Shown: positions 34,818 to 46,747, counted from the first letter of the stretch. The stretch: 64,000 nt of DNA from Lama guanicoe (GCA_013239625.1 MU053881.1:2604001-2668000); one strand, 5' to 3'. Notes: generated by a model not told the origin, from the letters alone. Translations and numbers: made by a program.

Positions 34818-35246
34818 CTGCAAAGGGGGCAGGTGTCACGGAGGGCTGGGGTAGGGGCCTTAGCCCAGGCCTGTGGCCAGGGCTCTGCCAGTGGAATTAG
34901 GAATTGTGTGAGCCACACATCCTCTCATAGCTCCACTGCCTAAGCCCGGAGCACCTCTGTGCAAATTAGACAAGGAAGCCCCTTCCTCTGGAACTGGGTT
35001 TACAGTTTAGCAAGCAGAGTGCCCTTGTGCAGTGCACAGCCTTTGCAATGATACATGGCAGCTCTATTTAGGCCTATCTCTGCCCAGCCAACCATCAGCT
35101 TTCTGGGGGCATGCAGAAAGGAAATGTAGGTATAGGGTTAAAGGGACAGGTCAAGTGTGGGTCAGGGACAGGATTGAGAGACATTCCATTCCAGGTTTCT
35201 ATCAGGGACCAGGTTCTCAGGCCCCTCCCTGGCTCCCCAGACCTAC

Positions 35247-35335
35247 GCTTTAATCTCCTCCACGTTGGCGCCCACCTCCTCCCTGCTCACGGAGAACTGC
35301 AGCCTCACACGGTAACTCTGGTCCACAGTGAAGAG
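35247..35335 (-). CDS. CDHR2: CDHR2 exon 24
   Basis: LFTVDQSYRVRLQFSVSREEVGANVEEIK; 89 nt. Confidence 0.93.
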
Positions 35336-35427
35336 CTGTGGGAGGAGGGCATGGGGGAAGATGAGGGACGAGGGACCCAGGGGCTAGCAGAGAGCACTGG
35401 GAGCTAGAGACAGAACCCAACACTCAC

Positions 35428-35536
35428 ATTCAGGGTGATTTTGGCTTCCTGGGCAGGACCCATGGAAGGTCTGTCCTGGGCCTTGACTGTCACTTGATAA
35501 GTGCCTTGGAGAGTGGAATCAAGGTTGGTCACCAGC
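35428..35536 (-). CDS. CDHR2: CDHR2 exon 23
   Basis: LVTNLDSTLQGTYQVTVKAQDRPSMGPAQEAKITLN; 109 nt. Confidence 0.93.
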
Positions 35537-35689
35537 CTACAGAAAGTAGGAGGGCATAGCTCAGTCTTGAAACCCAAGCTGGAGTCCTCTTGGAACCCAC
35601 CTGTACACCTCCCAGGATGGGGGACCTCACTGCCTTGAGGCCCCGCTTGGCTCCCCCGCCACCCCCATCCAGGGGCTACCCGCAGTTAC

Positions 35690-35841
35690 TCAATGTTGCC
35701 AGTGAACTCGTTGGCTTCCGAGGATGTGAGGATCCGGAAGAAGCCTTGGAAAGGGATCACAGCTCCATCCTTAGCAATGAAATCCGCTTGGAGGATGGAG
35801 AACAGGATGGCCGCATTGCTCCCTGAGTCACTGTCTCTGGC
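35690..35841 (-). CDS. CDHR2: CDHR2 exon 22
   Basis: ARDSDSGSNAAILFSILQADFIAKDGAVIPFQGFF...; 152 nt. Confidence 0.93.
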
Positions 35842-37158
35842 CTGGGAGCAAGAGTGGACAACATCTGGGGGGCCAGGCCAGGCACCCTTCCAGCCCCAGC
35901 AGGAAACTGAGGCTAGGATGGCCTGGGAGGCTGGTCCCCATAAACTCTATCAACCTACCCCAGGCCACTGACCAAATACTTTTAACAAACAGGGTTTGGA
36001 TAAGTCTGCCTCTGGCACCCAACACAAGTCACTGCCCAAAGTCCCTCCCGCGTGGAAACCCTGCCTGACCCATCCCCACCCCACTGCCACGCACACACAC
36101 ACACAAGCACAGGGACACTCAAGTTTCCTGAGCACCTAGTGTGTACAGTCACCTTCCCTTAGATCCCTTGTTTCAGCACTTGCTAACCTGAGTACAAATT
36201 CCCCTAGTGGATCCCGGAATGACTGAGCCAGAGGGCACAAGCATTTCCATTCATTCTAGTGCCTTTTAGAGAAGACTGTAACCAGCACATAGAGCTGGGA
36301 GTCCACTGACGTCACTGCTCAGGAGACCAAAGCTGGTGGTTACGTTTCAAAAAGGAGTCGATTTAAAGACAAGTGTTCAAAGCCATGGCCAGACCCGAGA
36401 CATTGGCATGCAGTTGGCTGAAGGTTGGAAAACTGACTGCTTAAGGCTTGAAAGAAACTTGAGAGGAAGAATTACTAACCTCTTTTTATGGGAGGAAACT
36501 GGGGCTCTGAGAGAGACCCCGTCCTGCCCAAGGGCACACTCTGGCTGGAAGTGGGGAGGACCAGGCCCATCCATCTCCTGTTCCCTGGGTGCCCTTTTCA
36601 TGGCACAAGGAGTGGCACCCACATATAACCCCCCTCTTAACCCTAAGAGGTGACTGCCAGCTTCCTGTCCAGGAGGAAAAGTGAGTTCCAGAAAGGTGTG
36701 GCTCCACAGCTCAGTAAGAGACCAGCCAGGCCTCACCCCCCAACCCCCTGCATGGCCCCCACCCTCTAAGAAACATGCCCACCTCCAACGTTATTGAAAT
36801 TAAAATATTTTTATAATTTTGCTCTGGAAATTGTAATATGAGGAACTCGTTTAATTTGCAGTTACTTTGATTTCTCTGTAATACTCCAGAATTCTGGCGT
36901 AGTGAGGACACCACTGCAAGTGGTTTTCATGGTCATGAAATGTTTATGACCACTACATCTGACAATTAATGGAGTTTAATCACATCAATTAGGCAGGTGT
37001 TCGTTTCCATTCTGGGTTTTTTTTTTTTCATATGTTGGAGCCAATAAACTTCCTTTCTAGTGTTAAAGCATTTGCAGGGGTGGCTGAAAGGCCTGAAGGC
37101 CTTGGCCCTGGGTCTCCTGGGGTAATGTGACTGACAAAAGCTGTAGCCAAGTTCTTAC

Positions 37159-37208
37159 CCGGACAGAAGCCACCTGCTGGTTGGGCATCACAAGTTCTGG
37201 GATGATCA
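37159..37208 (-). CDS. CDHR2: CDHR2 exon 21
   Basis: VIIPELVMPNQQVASVR; 50 nt. Confidence 0.93.
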
Positions 37209-37599
37209 CTGCAAGTGTGGATAGGAAGAGGTCAGTGGGGTCAAGGCCAGGGCGCACTTGGCCAAGTGCTGACCACAAGCCCAGCCCAGGGCTTATCCCT
37301 CCAAACCTGCCCTCGACCTCTCTATCAACAGAGACCCCCCCCCATTACAACTACCCATGAGCCATTAGTTAGCAAGTCATCCACCTCCCATTGTGCAAAT
37401 GGGGAAACTGAGGCCCAGAGTCAGATGTGAGTTGGGACGGAGCTGGGATGAAGACTCAGGTATCCTCTCCTGTTGAAACCCTGAGGTTTCCTCCCTTTCC
37501 AAGGGCACACCTGGGACCTGAGGAGCACCTGTGGGAGTTGCCCAAAGGTGGTCCTGACAGAGTACAGTGTGGATGGGGGGAGAGAGGCTGGTTGCTTAC

Positions 37600-37671
37600 C
37601 AAAAGTCTTATCCTCAGGCAGAAAGTAGGGTGCATTGTCATTCACATCCTCGATGGTGATGGGGAGGCTTC
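37600..37671 (-). CDS. CDHR2: CDHR2 exon 20
   Basis: SLPITIEDVNDNAPYFLPEDKTF with DxNDNxP cadherin motif; 72 nt. Confidence 0.95.
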
Positions 37672-38493
37672 CTAGGGGGACAAGGTTGGCTGGCCTTGGT
37701 CTCTAAGCAAAGACCTGACCCAGAAAGCCTGGTCCTCAGCCTTGCTCTCAGCAGCTCCCTCCCATGCATCACCCATGCTTAGTCCCCTCCCCTGCTCCTG
37801 ACTTGGGATACTAACTCAGTCTTCTCTGGCCTTTGCGGGAGGAAGTAACCCCCCCAGACCTCAGAGAGGATGAGCAACTTGTCCAGTCACACAGCAAGAG
37901 CAGCGAGCCATGATGGAGCCCAGCCCAGTTATGTCCCACCTGACCACAACATTATTCTGACACTTGCTCGTTGTGTAAGCTAGATTATTGAACTGCTGAC
38001 TCTGTGCCTCAATTTCCTTATCTTTAAAATTGGATAGGGGACCACCTACCACATGGGTTGTGTGGGAGTAAAATGAAGAAAGGCTTACAAGGTGCCTGGC
38101 ATAGCTCTTGGCTGCAGTAAGGATTCAACAAATGCTAGTGGTAATATGATCATTACTGCTACTTGATGTCAGAAGTGGGATGTGCGTGCACATCTGGCTC
38201 TTTCCTTTACACTGCCTCACAGCATAATAGCATTAATTAAGTGCTTACTGTGTGCCAAGGACTGCACTGAATGCTTTACAAACATATTCTCACTTAACCT
38301 CCACCGCCAATCTACTAGCCAACTCCACTTGACAGATGGGGCAACGAAAGCTTGGGGACGTGTCATGACTCTCCCAGTGGCATAGCTGGTAAGGGCTGGA
38401 GCCAAGATTTGAACCGAGACCTTGCAGGTTCCAGCTCTTTCCCACAGCCCCTATGTTGCAGCCTGCCGAGCCCTGCAGACCAGGCCGCCTCAC

Positions 38494-39099
38494 CATTGTC
38501 ACTGTAGGCCTGGAAGCGGGGGTCCGTTGTGAGGTCATAGGCCCGCAAAACCAGCGTGACCAGGTCACAGGTCTCATAGTCGATGGCCTCACTCTGATTG
38601 GTGAACACAGAGCCGTTGGCCAGCACAGAGAACCAGCCGTGGCACAGGCTGCCCACGTCGACCCCAGCCTTGGTACAAATGACGTTCACGAGCTGCACTT
38701 CCACCTGGGACATGGTGTCCACGTCCCGGGCCACCACCTCAGCCACTATGCCATGCTGGGAGCCGTTCTCAGCCACGTGCACGCCCCGGAGCGAGGCCGA
38801 GTCCAGGGTGGGCGGCATGTCATTCACGTCCTCCACAGTCACGAGGACTTTTGCTGTGGCCTCACGCCCCTGGGGGTCTGGGTTCTCGGCACTCACGGTC
38901 AGGTTGAAGGAGGCCTGTGTCTCATAATCCAGGCTTACGTCCGCGGGCAGCTGGAGGGGGCCCTCAGCCCGCCCAGACCCCAGCACCGAGCCTCGCAGCA
39001 TGAAGTTGTTGGCGCCGCTCCCCGCCAGGCTGAAGCTGATGCGGTTGTTGGCTTCCGTCTGGTCTGCATCCCAGGCCTTCACCACGCCCACCAGCGCTC
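38494..39099 (-). CDS. CDHR2: CDHR2 exon 19
   Basis: ALVGVVKAWDADQTEANN...LDYE...FQAYSDN; 606 nt. Confidence 0.96.
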
Positions 39100-39225
39100 C
39101 TGCGGGGGAGGGGCAGAGCGTGGAGGGACCCCTGGCCCGGCCACTGGCACCATCCTCTGCCCTCACCCTCCTCGGGGGCTTCCGGTCTGCCCTGGAAGGG
39201 GTTGGATAGTCTGACCCTGGCTTAC

Positions 39226-39295
39226 CTGGGTCCCTCTCCCTCACCGAGAAAGAGTAGCTGGACTGGTTGAAGATGGGCAGATTGTCATTGATGTC
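39226..39295 (-). CDS. CDHR2: CDHR2 exon 18
   Basis: DINDNLPIFNQSSYSFSVRERDP; 70 nt. Confidence 0.95.
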
Positions 39296-41075
39296 CTGCA
39301 GGCAGAGGCAGCTCTGAGCCCAGGGAACTCAGGAGCCCCCAGGGTTCAGCCTCCCCAGAGCCTTCTCCCCTGAGAAGTCCGTATTTCCCCTGGCCCGAGG
39401 CCCGGACTCTCTCCTCACACAGCACTGCCCATTCACAGGTGAGGAAACAGCCTTCGAGAGGATGGGACCAGCCCAGGTCCCATCCCTGGGGTCCAGAGGC
39501 CCGTGGTGGGACCTCTGAAGTCAGGTGTACACTTCCAGAGCCCCACCTCCTCTGTCTCTCTGACCCCCACTCAGAGCTTAGACACTGCTTTCCAGAAGGA
39601 TGGTTCTGAATCCCAGCCTGGTCCCAGTCCGTCCTGCTCGACTCCCCCACTCTCAGATTTGTGGCGTTGGCACCAACATCATTACGAGCCCACAAAGGCC
39701 CAAGCTTTCCCTAGTCCCCTCCTTTTTCCTGTCCCTCCTGCCCTCGGTAGACCCCACGACGCTCGCTCTGTGCTTATGTGGGGCTGGGCTCGGGGCGCCT
39801 GCCAGGGCTTACGCTTGGTCCTGCCCTTGGACACCTGCTGGGTTCTGCTCTCGCCACCCTTCTCCAGCTCTGGCCACCCCGCCCAGACAGAGTGCAGAAC
39901 AGAGCGCTGTCCCTGCTGTCACAGCATCAGGCCGACTCTGCCTCCTCTTCCTCCCCTGATGCTGGTGTGTGCTGGGTGCCTTCCCCAGGGCGGCCCACGG
40001 GCATCTGCTTTTGCCTTCAGATTTTTCTAAATAATGGTAGAATGGACATCTTTAAAAACAGAGCCCTCTCCCCTTTAACAGATGTGTTTTCTGATGGCAA
40101 TTTCCCAGGGATGGTGTCACTGGCTCCATGCACATGGCCGGCTGCCTTCTCAAGTTCATCCTAACTCACAGGCTTGGCTAAGAGCACAGCTCTGAGTTCA
40201 GTTCGGCCCCACCTCTTCCTCACATGTGACTTTGACCTCTCTGGGCCTCAGTGTCTTCATCTGCAAAATGGGGTCGCCATCCCTGCTCGCAGGGCTTCGT
40301 GAGGACCAGCTCACGGGTGTGAGAGGACCCTGCTCACTCAGGAAATGCAATTCTGCTTTCTCCCTTCTCTGCAGCCCACTTTCCACCCCAAGTACAGCTG
40401 ACAAGTCCTCATTCGTCTTCTTTCTCCATTTTCCCTGAGGTCTCACTCGGATCCTTGTGGGAAAACAGCACATCCCAACCCAGTGGGATACAGGGCTGCT
40501 ATGTGGGGTGGGGCAGGCTGTGTACAGCACAACCCTAGGGGGTGCCAACCACATCTTGGACATTGTAGAGAAAGGTGCCTGTGAGCTGGTGGCAGCCTTA
40601 GAACCAGACAGGCTGGATTCAAAACCCCATTCTATGACCTGAGGCAAGCTACTGAACCTCTCCGTGCCTCAGTTTCTTGATCAATAGAATGGTCCTAACC
40701 ATCCCTACCTCCAGGGCCCGGTGTGCAGGAGGCACTATAAATGCTGATTCTCTCTGCCCCTGAATGGTGGTGGGAGGTTGGAGGGTGAGTGCCAGGCACT
40801 CTTCGAAGCACTTTTCATTTGTTAACTCACTCTATGTTCTTTTCATCCCCATTTTACAGATGGGGAACTGGAGAGCACAGGGAGGCTGAGCCATCACCTA
40901 AGGCCACGCAACCAGTGAGCTGGGATCCTAACCTATCAGCCTGGCTCCGGAACTCTTTTACCCACCAGACTGCAAAGGGCACAAGTGTGACTCAAGTTGG
41001 GAGGAGGGGGACCTGGCCATCTGCTCCCAACACAGGGCTCACCCTGGCCCCGACCCCAGCTGAGCCAGGCCTTAC

Positions 41076-41315
41076 CTCCACAGTGATGGTGACGTTGACC
41101 TCAGTCCAGAGGGCAGGCTCACCACAGTCAGACACACGCACAGTCAGCACAATGCGGCCCCCCAGGGTGGGGTCAATGGCCTCTCGGTCCAAGGGCCCCA
41201 GGTTCCTGAGAATCCCTTGGTCGGGGTCCACTGAGAAGTTGTGGCTGTAGGCGCTGGGCAGCAGGCTGAAGTGCAGGAGGCTGTTGTTGGTGTCTGGTTG
41301 GTCATCATCGTGAGC
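41076..41315 (-). CDS. CDHR2: CDHR2 exon 17
   Basis: AHDDDQPDTNNS...LDRE...VNVTITVE; 240 nt. Confidence 0.96.
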
Positions 41316-41724
41316 CTGTGCAGGTGAGCAGGAGCGGGAATTCAGCCACCAGGTGCTCCCAGCCCCCAGCCCCACCCCTGCAGTCTAGCCTCCCCTTCCA
41401 GCACTGGCCCACGAGGGCAGTCACAGGGCCTGAAGCCATCAGGATGCTGCCCAGTCTCCCAGCCTCAGTCTCCGATCTAAGACAGCCAGACCAACAGTTT
41501 GCAAGAGCTTCTGTGGTCTTAAGCACTCAGGTCATTCATTCATCCCATGAATGTTTACTACGTACCTGCCATGTGCCTGGCCCTGTTCTGGGTACTGGGA
41601 ATAGAGCCATGATAAAGACAGTTCCCTCATGGAGCTGATAATCCACTGGGGATCGGGGCGTGGGGACAGTATAATATAGACAGGCAAAATTTAAAACAGA
41701 CAAACATAAAAATAAGTGTGTGTA

Positions 41725-41849
41725 GGGGGTGGGTATAGCTCAGTGGTAGAGCACGTGCTTAGCATGCACGAGGTCCTGGGTTCAATCCCCGGTACCTCCA
41801 TCAAAAAAATAGATAAATAACACTTCAATAAAAAAAATATATATATATA
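41725..41849 (+). mobile_element. tRNA-Ala-derived SINE, young copy
   Basis: Near-intact tRNA-Ala(AGC) body 41729-41800; TSD AAAAATAAGTGTG at 41708-41720 and 41850-41862. Confidence 0.88.
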
Positions 41850-41862
41850 AAAAATAAGTGTG

Positions 41863-41988
41863 GGGGCAAGGAGGGTAATAGCTCAGTGGTAGAGCAAATA
41901 CTCAGCATGCACTATGTCCTGGGTTCAATCCCCAGTACCGCCATTAAAAAAAAAAAAGACAAAAATAAAATAAATTAAATTTAAAAAG
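41863..41988 (+). mobile_element. tRNA-Ala-derived SINE, second tandem copy
   Basis: A and B boxes, poly(A) tail. Confidence 0.85.
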
Positions 41989-42082
41989 AATAAATGTGAA
42001 GTCCAACAAAATTCTGATTTTCCCAAAATGACTACTTCAGTGCTATATTTTTTAAATAGCTGAAATTCTTCACCCAATGTAA

Positions 42083-42106
42083 GTGTGTGTGTGTGTGTGT
42101 GTGTGT
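42083..42106. repeat. (GT)n microsatellite
   Basis: Seen directly. Confidence 0.95.
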
Positions 42107-43015
42107 TCCTGGACACATGCTGTGTGTGCCTTGGGGGTGATCCAGCAAGGACAGTACAAGAGGCTCTTCCCTGCCACCTGGCCTTTGCACATCCTGCGCC
42201 CTCACCCTGAATGTCCTCTACACCTTGTCTGTCTGACTGAAGGCCAGGTTGGTGCCTCCCCTGGGCCTCCATAACCCCTATGCTACCTTCAGTACAACAC
42301 CGGTGACACCCTTGGATGACTGTCTGCCACCCTCCTTGGAGACAGGGATTATGGTGGATTCATCTCAGAGGACCCAGGGCCCAACAAAGGACCTGGTGCA
42401 TAGTAGGGACTTAGCAAATGTGGCTTTGAGTCCAGAGCTGGGCTAGTCTGACTTGGAACCCAATCATTCCCCTTCCTCCCTGCCCACCACCACCCTCAGG
42501 TCTTTTGTTCCAGATCTGTTGAGAGCTTGCTTAGAAATGTGCCCTTTGTAGGCAGCCCCAGAGATGGTTTCTCCAAAAGTCTGACCCTGTCTGTTGTGCC
42601 CTCAGCACTCTGAACTCAGGCGGATGAATTCACCAAGCACTTCTCAGGGCTCACGCTGGGCACTGTGGTTCCGGCAGCAGATCTGAAATGCACCCGCTCT
42701 AAGGAGTCCACAGACCAGAGTGAGAAGCACTGAGGACCACAGAGAAAGGCCCAGGTGTGGGGACAGGGAGGTCGGGGCCTCAGCTGCAGCACTGCTACTG
42801 ACCGGCTGTACAAGCACAGAAAAGCCACTCAACCTCTCTGAGCCTCGCTCTTCTCCTTCCGTGAAATGGGGATTAGAGTGTCTGCCTCACAAGTTTGTCA
42901 GGAGATGGGAACTTGCCCTGGAAACCACAAGCCCCAGGAAGGGGCCACATGGTCGTCATTCTGAGGACCTGGTTTCCTGCTTCCCACAAGGCCTGCTTAC
43001 AGACGACTTAGTGAA

Positions 43016-43120
43016 GGGGAGGGTGTAGCTCAGTGGCAAAATATGTGACTAGCACGCACCAAGTCCTGAGCTCAATCCCCAGTACTTCCGTCTAAATAAA
43101 TAAAGCTAATTACCTCCTCC
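43016..43120 (+). mobile_element. tRNA-Ala-derived SINE
   Basis: Diverged A/B boxes; degenerate TSD TACAGAYGACTYAGTG. Confidence 0.8.
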
Positions 43121-43371
43121 TACAGATGACTCAGTGGAGAAGCTTCTGAAAGCCTCAAGGCCCAGGGAGAAGCTTCTCTCTAAGGTTCCTCCTGAGCCAA
43201 TAGTGGGTTTTTATCTCATAGACTCTGTGACCTGGCCACTGTCTCATTTCCCTTTTTGCTTTGGCCGTGAGGAAGCTCCGAACTGAGTTTTCAGCCCACT
43301 CCTAGCAATTGTGTGGCTCCGGGCTAAACTGCACCTTTGTGCACTTTTAAAAATGTCTTTGGTTGTGTGGC

Positions 43372-43506
43372 GGGGGGAGAATATAGCTCAAATGGTAGAA
43401 CGCACGCTTAGCATACACAAGGTCCTGGGTTCTATCCCCAGAATCTCCCCTAAAATTAAATAAATAAACCTAATTACCTTACACTCCCCCAAAAAACAAC
43501 AAAAAA
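43372..43506 (+). mobile_element. tRNA-Ala-derived SINE
   Basis: A/B boxes, TAAATAAACCTAATTACC tail shared with other copies. Confidence 0.8.
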
Positions 43507-43863
43507 GTTCAACCTTATTTTCTCTTTTTCCTAATTTCTTCCATTTTTAAAAATCACACTTTTAAATATAAGCCACCTCAATCCTTTTTGGAATGAGTCA
43601 GGGGCCTGAATTTAAAAGAGAAATATGTTTTTGAGGGCTTGCTCTGTGCCAAGCACTTTCTATCCATTATGACCTTGGGAATAAGTACTATTCCCAAGAA
43701 GAACTATTCCAAAAAAGAAATGGAGGCCCAGAGAGACTGAGTGACTTGCTCAGAGCCACACGCCAGAGCCCAGATTCCTGTTCAGGGCCAGCGTGACGAC
43801 AGAGCCACGCTTGGTGCTCCACCCACCCCGCGTCCCACCCACCAGCTCCAGGGCGGCTCGCAC

Positions 43864-44107
43864 CTGGATGGGCACAGAGACGCTGCCCTCCTCCTCCTGG
43901 ACGAAGATGCTGTAGGAGCCGCTGACCACGGGCTGGTTGTCGTTGACGTCCAGCAGGACGACATGCAGCGTGGTGGAGGACGACAGGTTCCCGCCGTCTG
44001 TGGCCTGCAGCGTGAGGTAGTACACGGCCTGCTTCTCCCGGTCCAGGAGCTCGCTGTCCCTCACCGTCACTGTCCCTGAGTCTGGATCCACTGCAAAGAT
44101 GTCTGCC
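43864..44107 (-). CDS. CDHR2: CDHR2 exon 16
   Basis: ADIFAVDPDSGTVTV...LDRE...DVNDNQP...VPIQ; 244 nt. Confidence 0.96.
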
Positions 44108-44112
44108 CTGTG

Positions 44113-44303
44113 CAGGGCAGCCAGATTGAGCAAGTCAAGATACAGGAGGCCCACTTAAATTTGAATTTCAGATGAACAATGAAAAATATTTTAGTATATC
44201 CCGTGGAATGTTTGCAACCTACTTATACTGAAAAAAAAAGATTTGTCGCGTATCGGAAATTGAAATGGAACTGGGTGCCTTATATTTTATCTGGGTATCA
44301 CAG
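44113..44303. mobile_element. MER53-like palindromic hAT MITE
   Basis: Inverted arms cccacttaaatttgaatttcagat / atcggaaattgaaatggaactggg and tttagtata / tatactgaaa. Confidence 0.75.
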
Positions 44304-44376
44304 CCCCGCTGTGAGGTAGAGAAGGGGGCCTGGGTCCTGCTTGCCCACCTGCCCCCTACCCACCCCAAGACCTTAC

Positions 44377-44438
44377 CCATTCCCCGGGAGCAGGCTGTAG
44401 GTGATGTGGCCCCCCTCACCCGTGTCTGGGTCGACAGC
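44377..44438 (-). CDS. CDHR2: CDHR2 exon 15
   Basis: AVDPDTGEGGHITYSLLPGN; 62 nt. Confidence 0.95.
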
Positions 44439-44741
44439 CTGCAAAGGAGGGAGACAGACAATGGGACACTGTTCGGAAGCCATGCATTCGCTGCCAACTG
44501 TGCAGTCGATGAGGACAGGGCTGTCCTGCTTCCTGACGCAAAGGGAGAAGCCCCGACACACTCAGGTTCACACCTAGACATCCCCCTGGCACGCACACCC
44601 ATGCACACTCACAGGTGCGTGCACACTTGCTGGGACCCAGTGACATCACATGATACAGAGACTCAGATGGGACCACCGGCCCAGGTCTGCCCATCTCCCT
44701 GTCTCTCCCAGCCCGGCCCAGCCCTGTCCCCCATCACTCAC

Positions 44742-44903
44742 GTGGATGCTGTTGGTGACCACAGAGCCATTGGCAAAGTGCTCTAAGACACTGAGGTTGT
44801 ACAAGCTGTGGGGGAACGTGGGCCTGTGGTCATTAACGTCTCGGAGGTGGATGGCCACCCAGGCGATGGAAGAGTTCCTGCTGACCGAGTCAGTGGCCAC
44901 GAC
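44742..44903 (-). CDS. CDHR2: CDHR2 exon 14
   Basis: VVATDSVSRNSS...DVNDHRP...TNSIH; 162 nt. Confidence 0.95.
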
Positions 44904-44986
44904 CTGAGGACAGGGGAAGAGGCAGCAGCCTTGGGACTGGAGCGCCCCGTGGCCCGCTCTCCCTGGCGTCCCAGAGCATCTCTCAC

Positions 44987-45142
44987 CTGCACCACCATCA
45001 CCGCCTGCTTCTCATAGTCCACCAGCGACGGTGTCCTCACCAGCACCTGCACGTCCACTGAGCCTGCCGCCCGCTCGGGGGAGACGCTGAAGGCTTCGAC
45101 ATCGGGGCCCCCCAGGGACAGCAGGAAGGTGCCGTTGCTGCC
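44987..45142 (-). CDS. CDHR2: CDHR2 exon 13
   Basis: GSNGTFLLSLGGPD...VDYEKQAVMVVQ; 156 nt. Confidence 0.95.
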
Positions 45143-46102
45143 CTGTAGGGGTGAGCCGTATAGCAGGCACCCCACACCTGCATCTTCCTCCCAACCCCTG
45201 GCCACAGGCTCCCCCTGCCCACAGGAGTCCCATGAGAGGGGGCGCTCAGAAGACTGAGGCAAGAGGTACCCAGGAGGGTGGGCTGGTCACTAGTCCCTGT
45301 AAATGTGGGCTCATCAGAAGATCTTCCCTAGGCACTGTGGGCCTCAGTCTGGGCTGCAGTGGCAGACCCTGGACACGCACCCTTCACCCTCATAAGCTTT
45401 GCTATGAGCCTTCCTTACCAGCCACCACTCACCGCCCTCACCGCCCATACCAACCCCGAACACCAGCACCGTCAGCCCATCCCCCGCCCCCCACTCCACA
45501 CCGCACTCCACTCAACGCCAACCACCAACCCAACACACCCGCCCTCCCAATATTTCACTCGACATTTCACACCAACTCATTATCATCAAATACAACCGAA
45601 CACCATCCATAGTTATTCACCTTTCAGTCCTACCTAAATCACCCACCACCCAGCATCAGCCTCCACATAAGAACACCCTCCAACTTAGCACTCACTCAGA
45701 CCGCTCTGTGCTCTACACTGCCCACATCGCCCAGCATCCGGTACGACCCTGACACCTCTCAGCTTCGCCATCCGCCATCACTACCTCTACTCAACACCGC
45801 CAAAAATTACACGCCACTCAGCACTACCCAGCATCTGGGATCAACCTCCACTCAGTGCTGCCTTTCTGTTCCCCACCACCTAGCACCACCCTCAACACAA
45901 GACCACCCACCAGCTCAGCATCACCCAACGTTTCCAAACGTCACCCAACAATTCCAGTTTTCATCAACACTCGTGACTGGCCCCATGGTCCCCGACTGCT
46001 CACCTCCCCACCGTGCCCCATGGTACCCCACTCTCCATCTCCCTCTCCCAGTGATCTCCTGCCATCACTCCCACCCACCCTGCCCCAGCCTGGGTGCCCT
46101 GC

Positions 46103-46336
46103 CTTGTCTGGGTCGTAGACCACCATGGTGAGGTTGTCAATGGGGATGCGGGTGGAGGCGTGCTCGTCCACATAGCCGGTGAAGTTGACCTGAGCCTCCT
46201 GGGAGCTGAAGGTGCAGGCTGGCAGGCTGCAGCTGTAAAACTCGGGCTTGTGGTCATTGACATCTGTCACTCTCAGCGTGACCCATATGCTTACTTTGGC
46301 CTCCTGCCCATAGATGTTGAGGTGCTCCTCGGTGGC
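46103..46336 (-). CDS. CDHR2: CDHR2 exon 12 (GC donor)
   Basis: ATEEHLNIYGQEAK...DVNDHKPEF...VYDPDK; donor AAG|GCAGGG; 234 nt. Confidence 0.9.
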
Positions 46337-46456
46337 CTGAAAGCAAAGCAGAGGCCAGGGGGCAGAGGTCAGAGAACCAGTGTTCAGAGAGAGCTGAGAT
46401 TAAAGGTCAGAGTTTAGAGAGTGGGGGTGCAAAGAGGGCAGCAGCCCCTCACTCAC

Positions 46457-46572
46457 CGTGACCTGCACCTGCACCTCCTCGTCCTCCTCCAACAGCTGCT
46501 CTCTGTCCAGGGAACCACTGACTGTGATCACCCCGTCTGGCTCAATGTCAAACCAGCCGGGCCTTGTGGAGT
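46457..46572 (-). CDS. CDHR2: CDHR2 exon 11
   Basis: STRPGWFDIEPDGVITVSGSLDREQLLEEDEEVQVQVT; 116 nt. Confidence 0.95.
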
Positions 46573-46671
46573 CTGGCAAGAGGCAGCAGGAGCAGCTGTG
46601 TGCGGTGGCTCTGACAGAGCCCCCACACCTCCCTTTGCCCCCGCCCCCGCCTGGGGACACCCCCTTCTCAC

Positions 46672-46747
46672 TGGAGATGCTGTAGATCATGGGGTCATTG
46701 ATGCCTCTGTCGCTGTCCATGGCCTCCACCTTCAGCACCGAGGTTCC
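46672..46747 (-). CDS. CDHR2: CDHR2 exon 10
   Basis: GTSVLKVEAMDSDRGINDPMIYSIS; 76 nt. Confidence 0.95.

Noticed and set aside
38806..38832. Cadherin motif DVNDMPP instead of DxNDNxP
   Set aside because: The fifth residue typically binds calcium via its backbone, and His occurs there in other repeats of this protein
41729..41800. Apparent tRNA-Ala(AGC) gene
   Set aside because: Acceptor-stem mismatch, A-rich tail instead of a T-run terminator, a TSD and seven related copies nearby indicate a SINE
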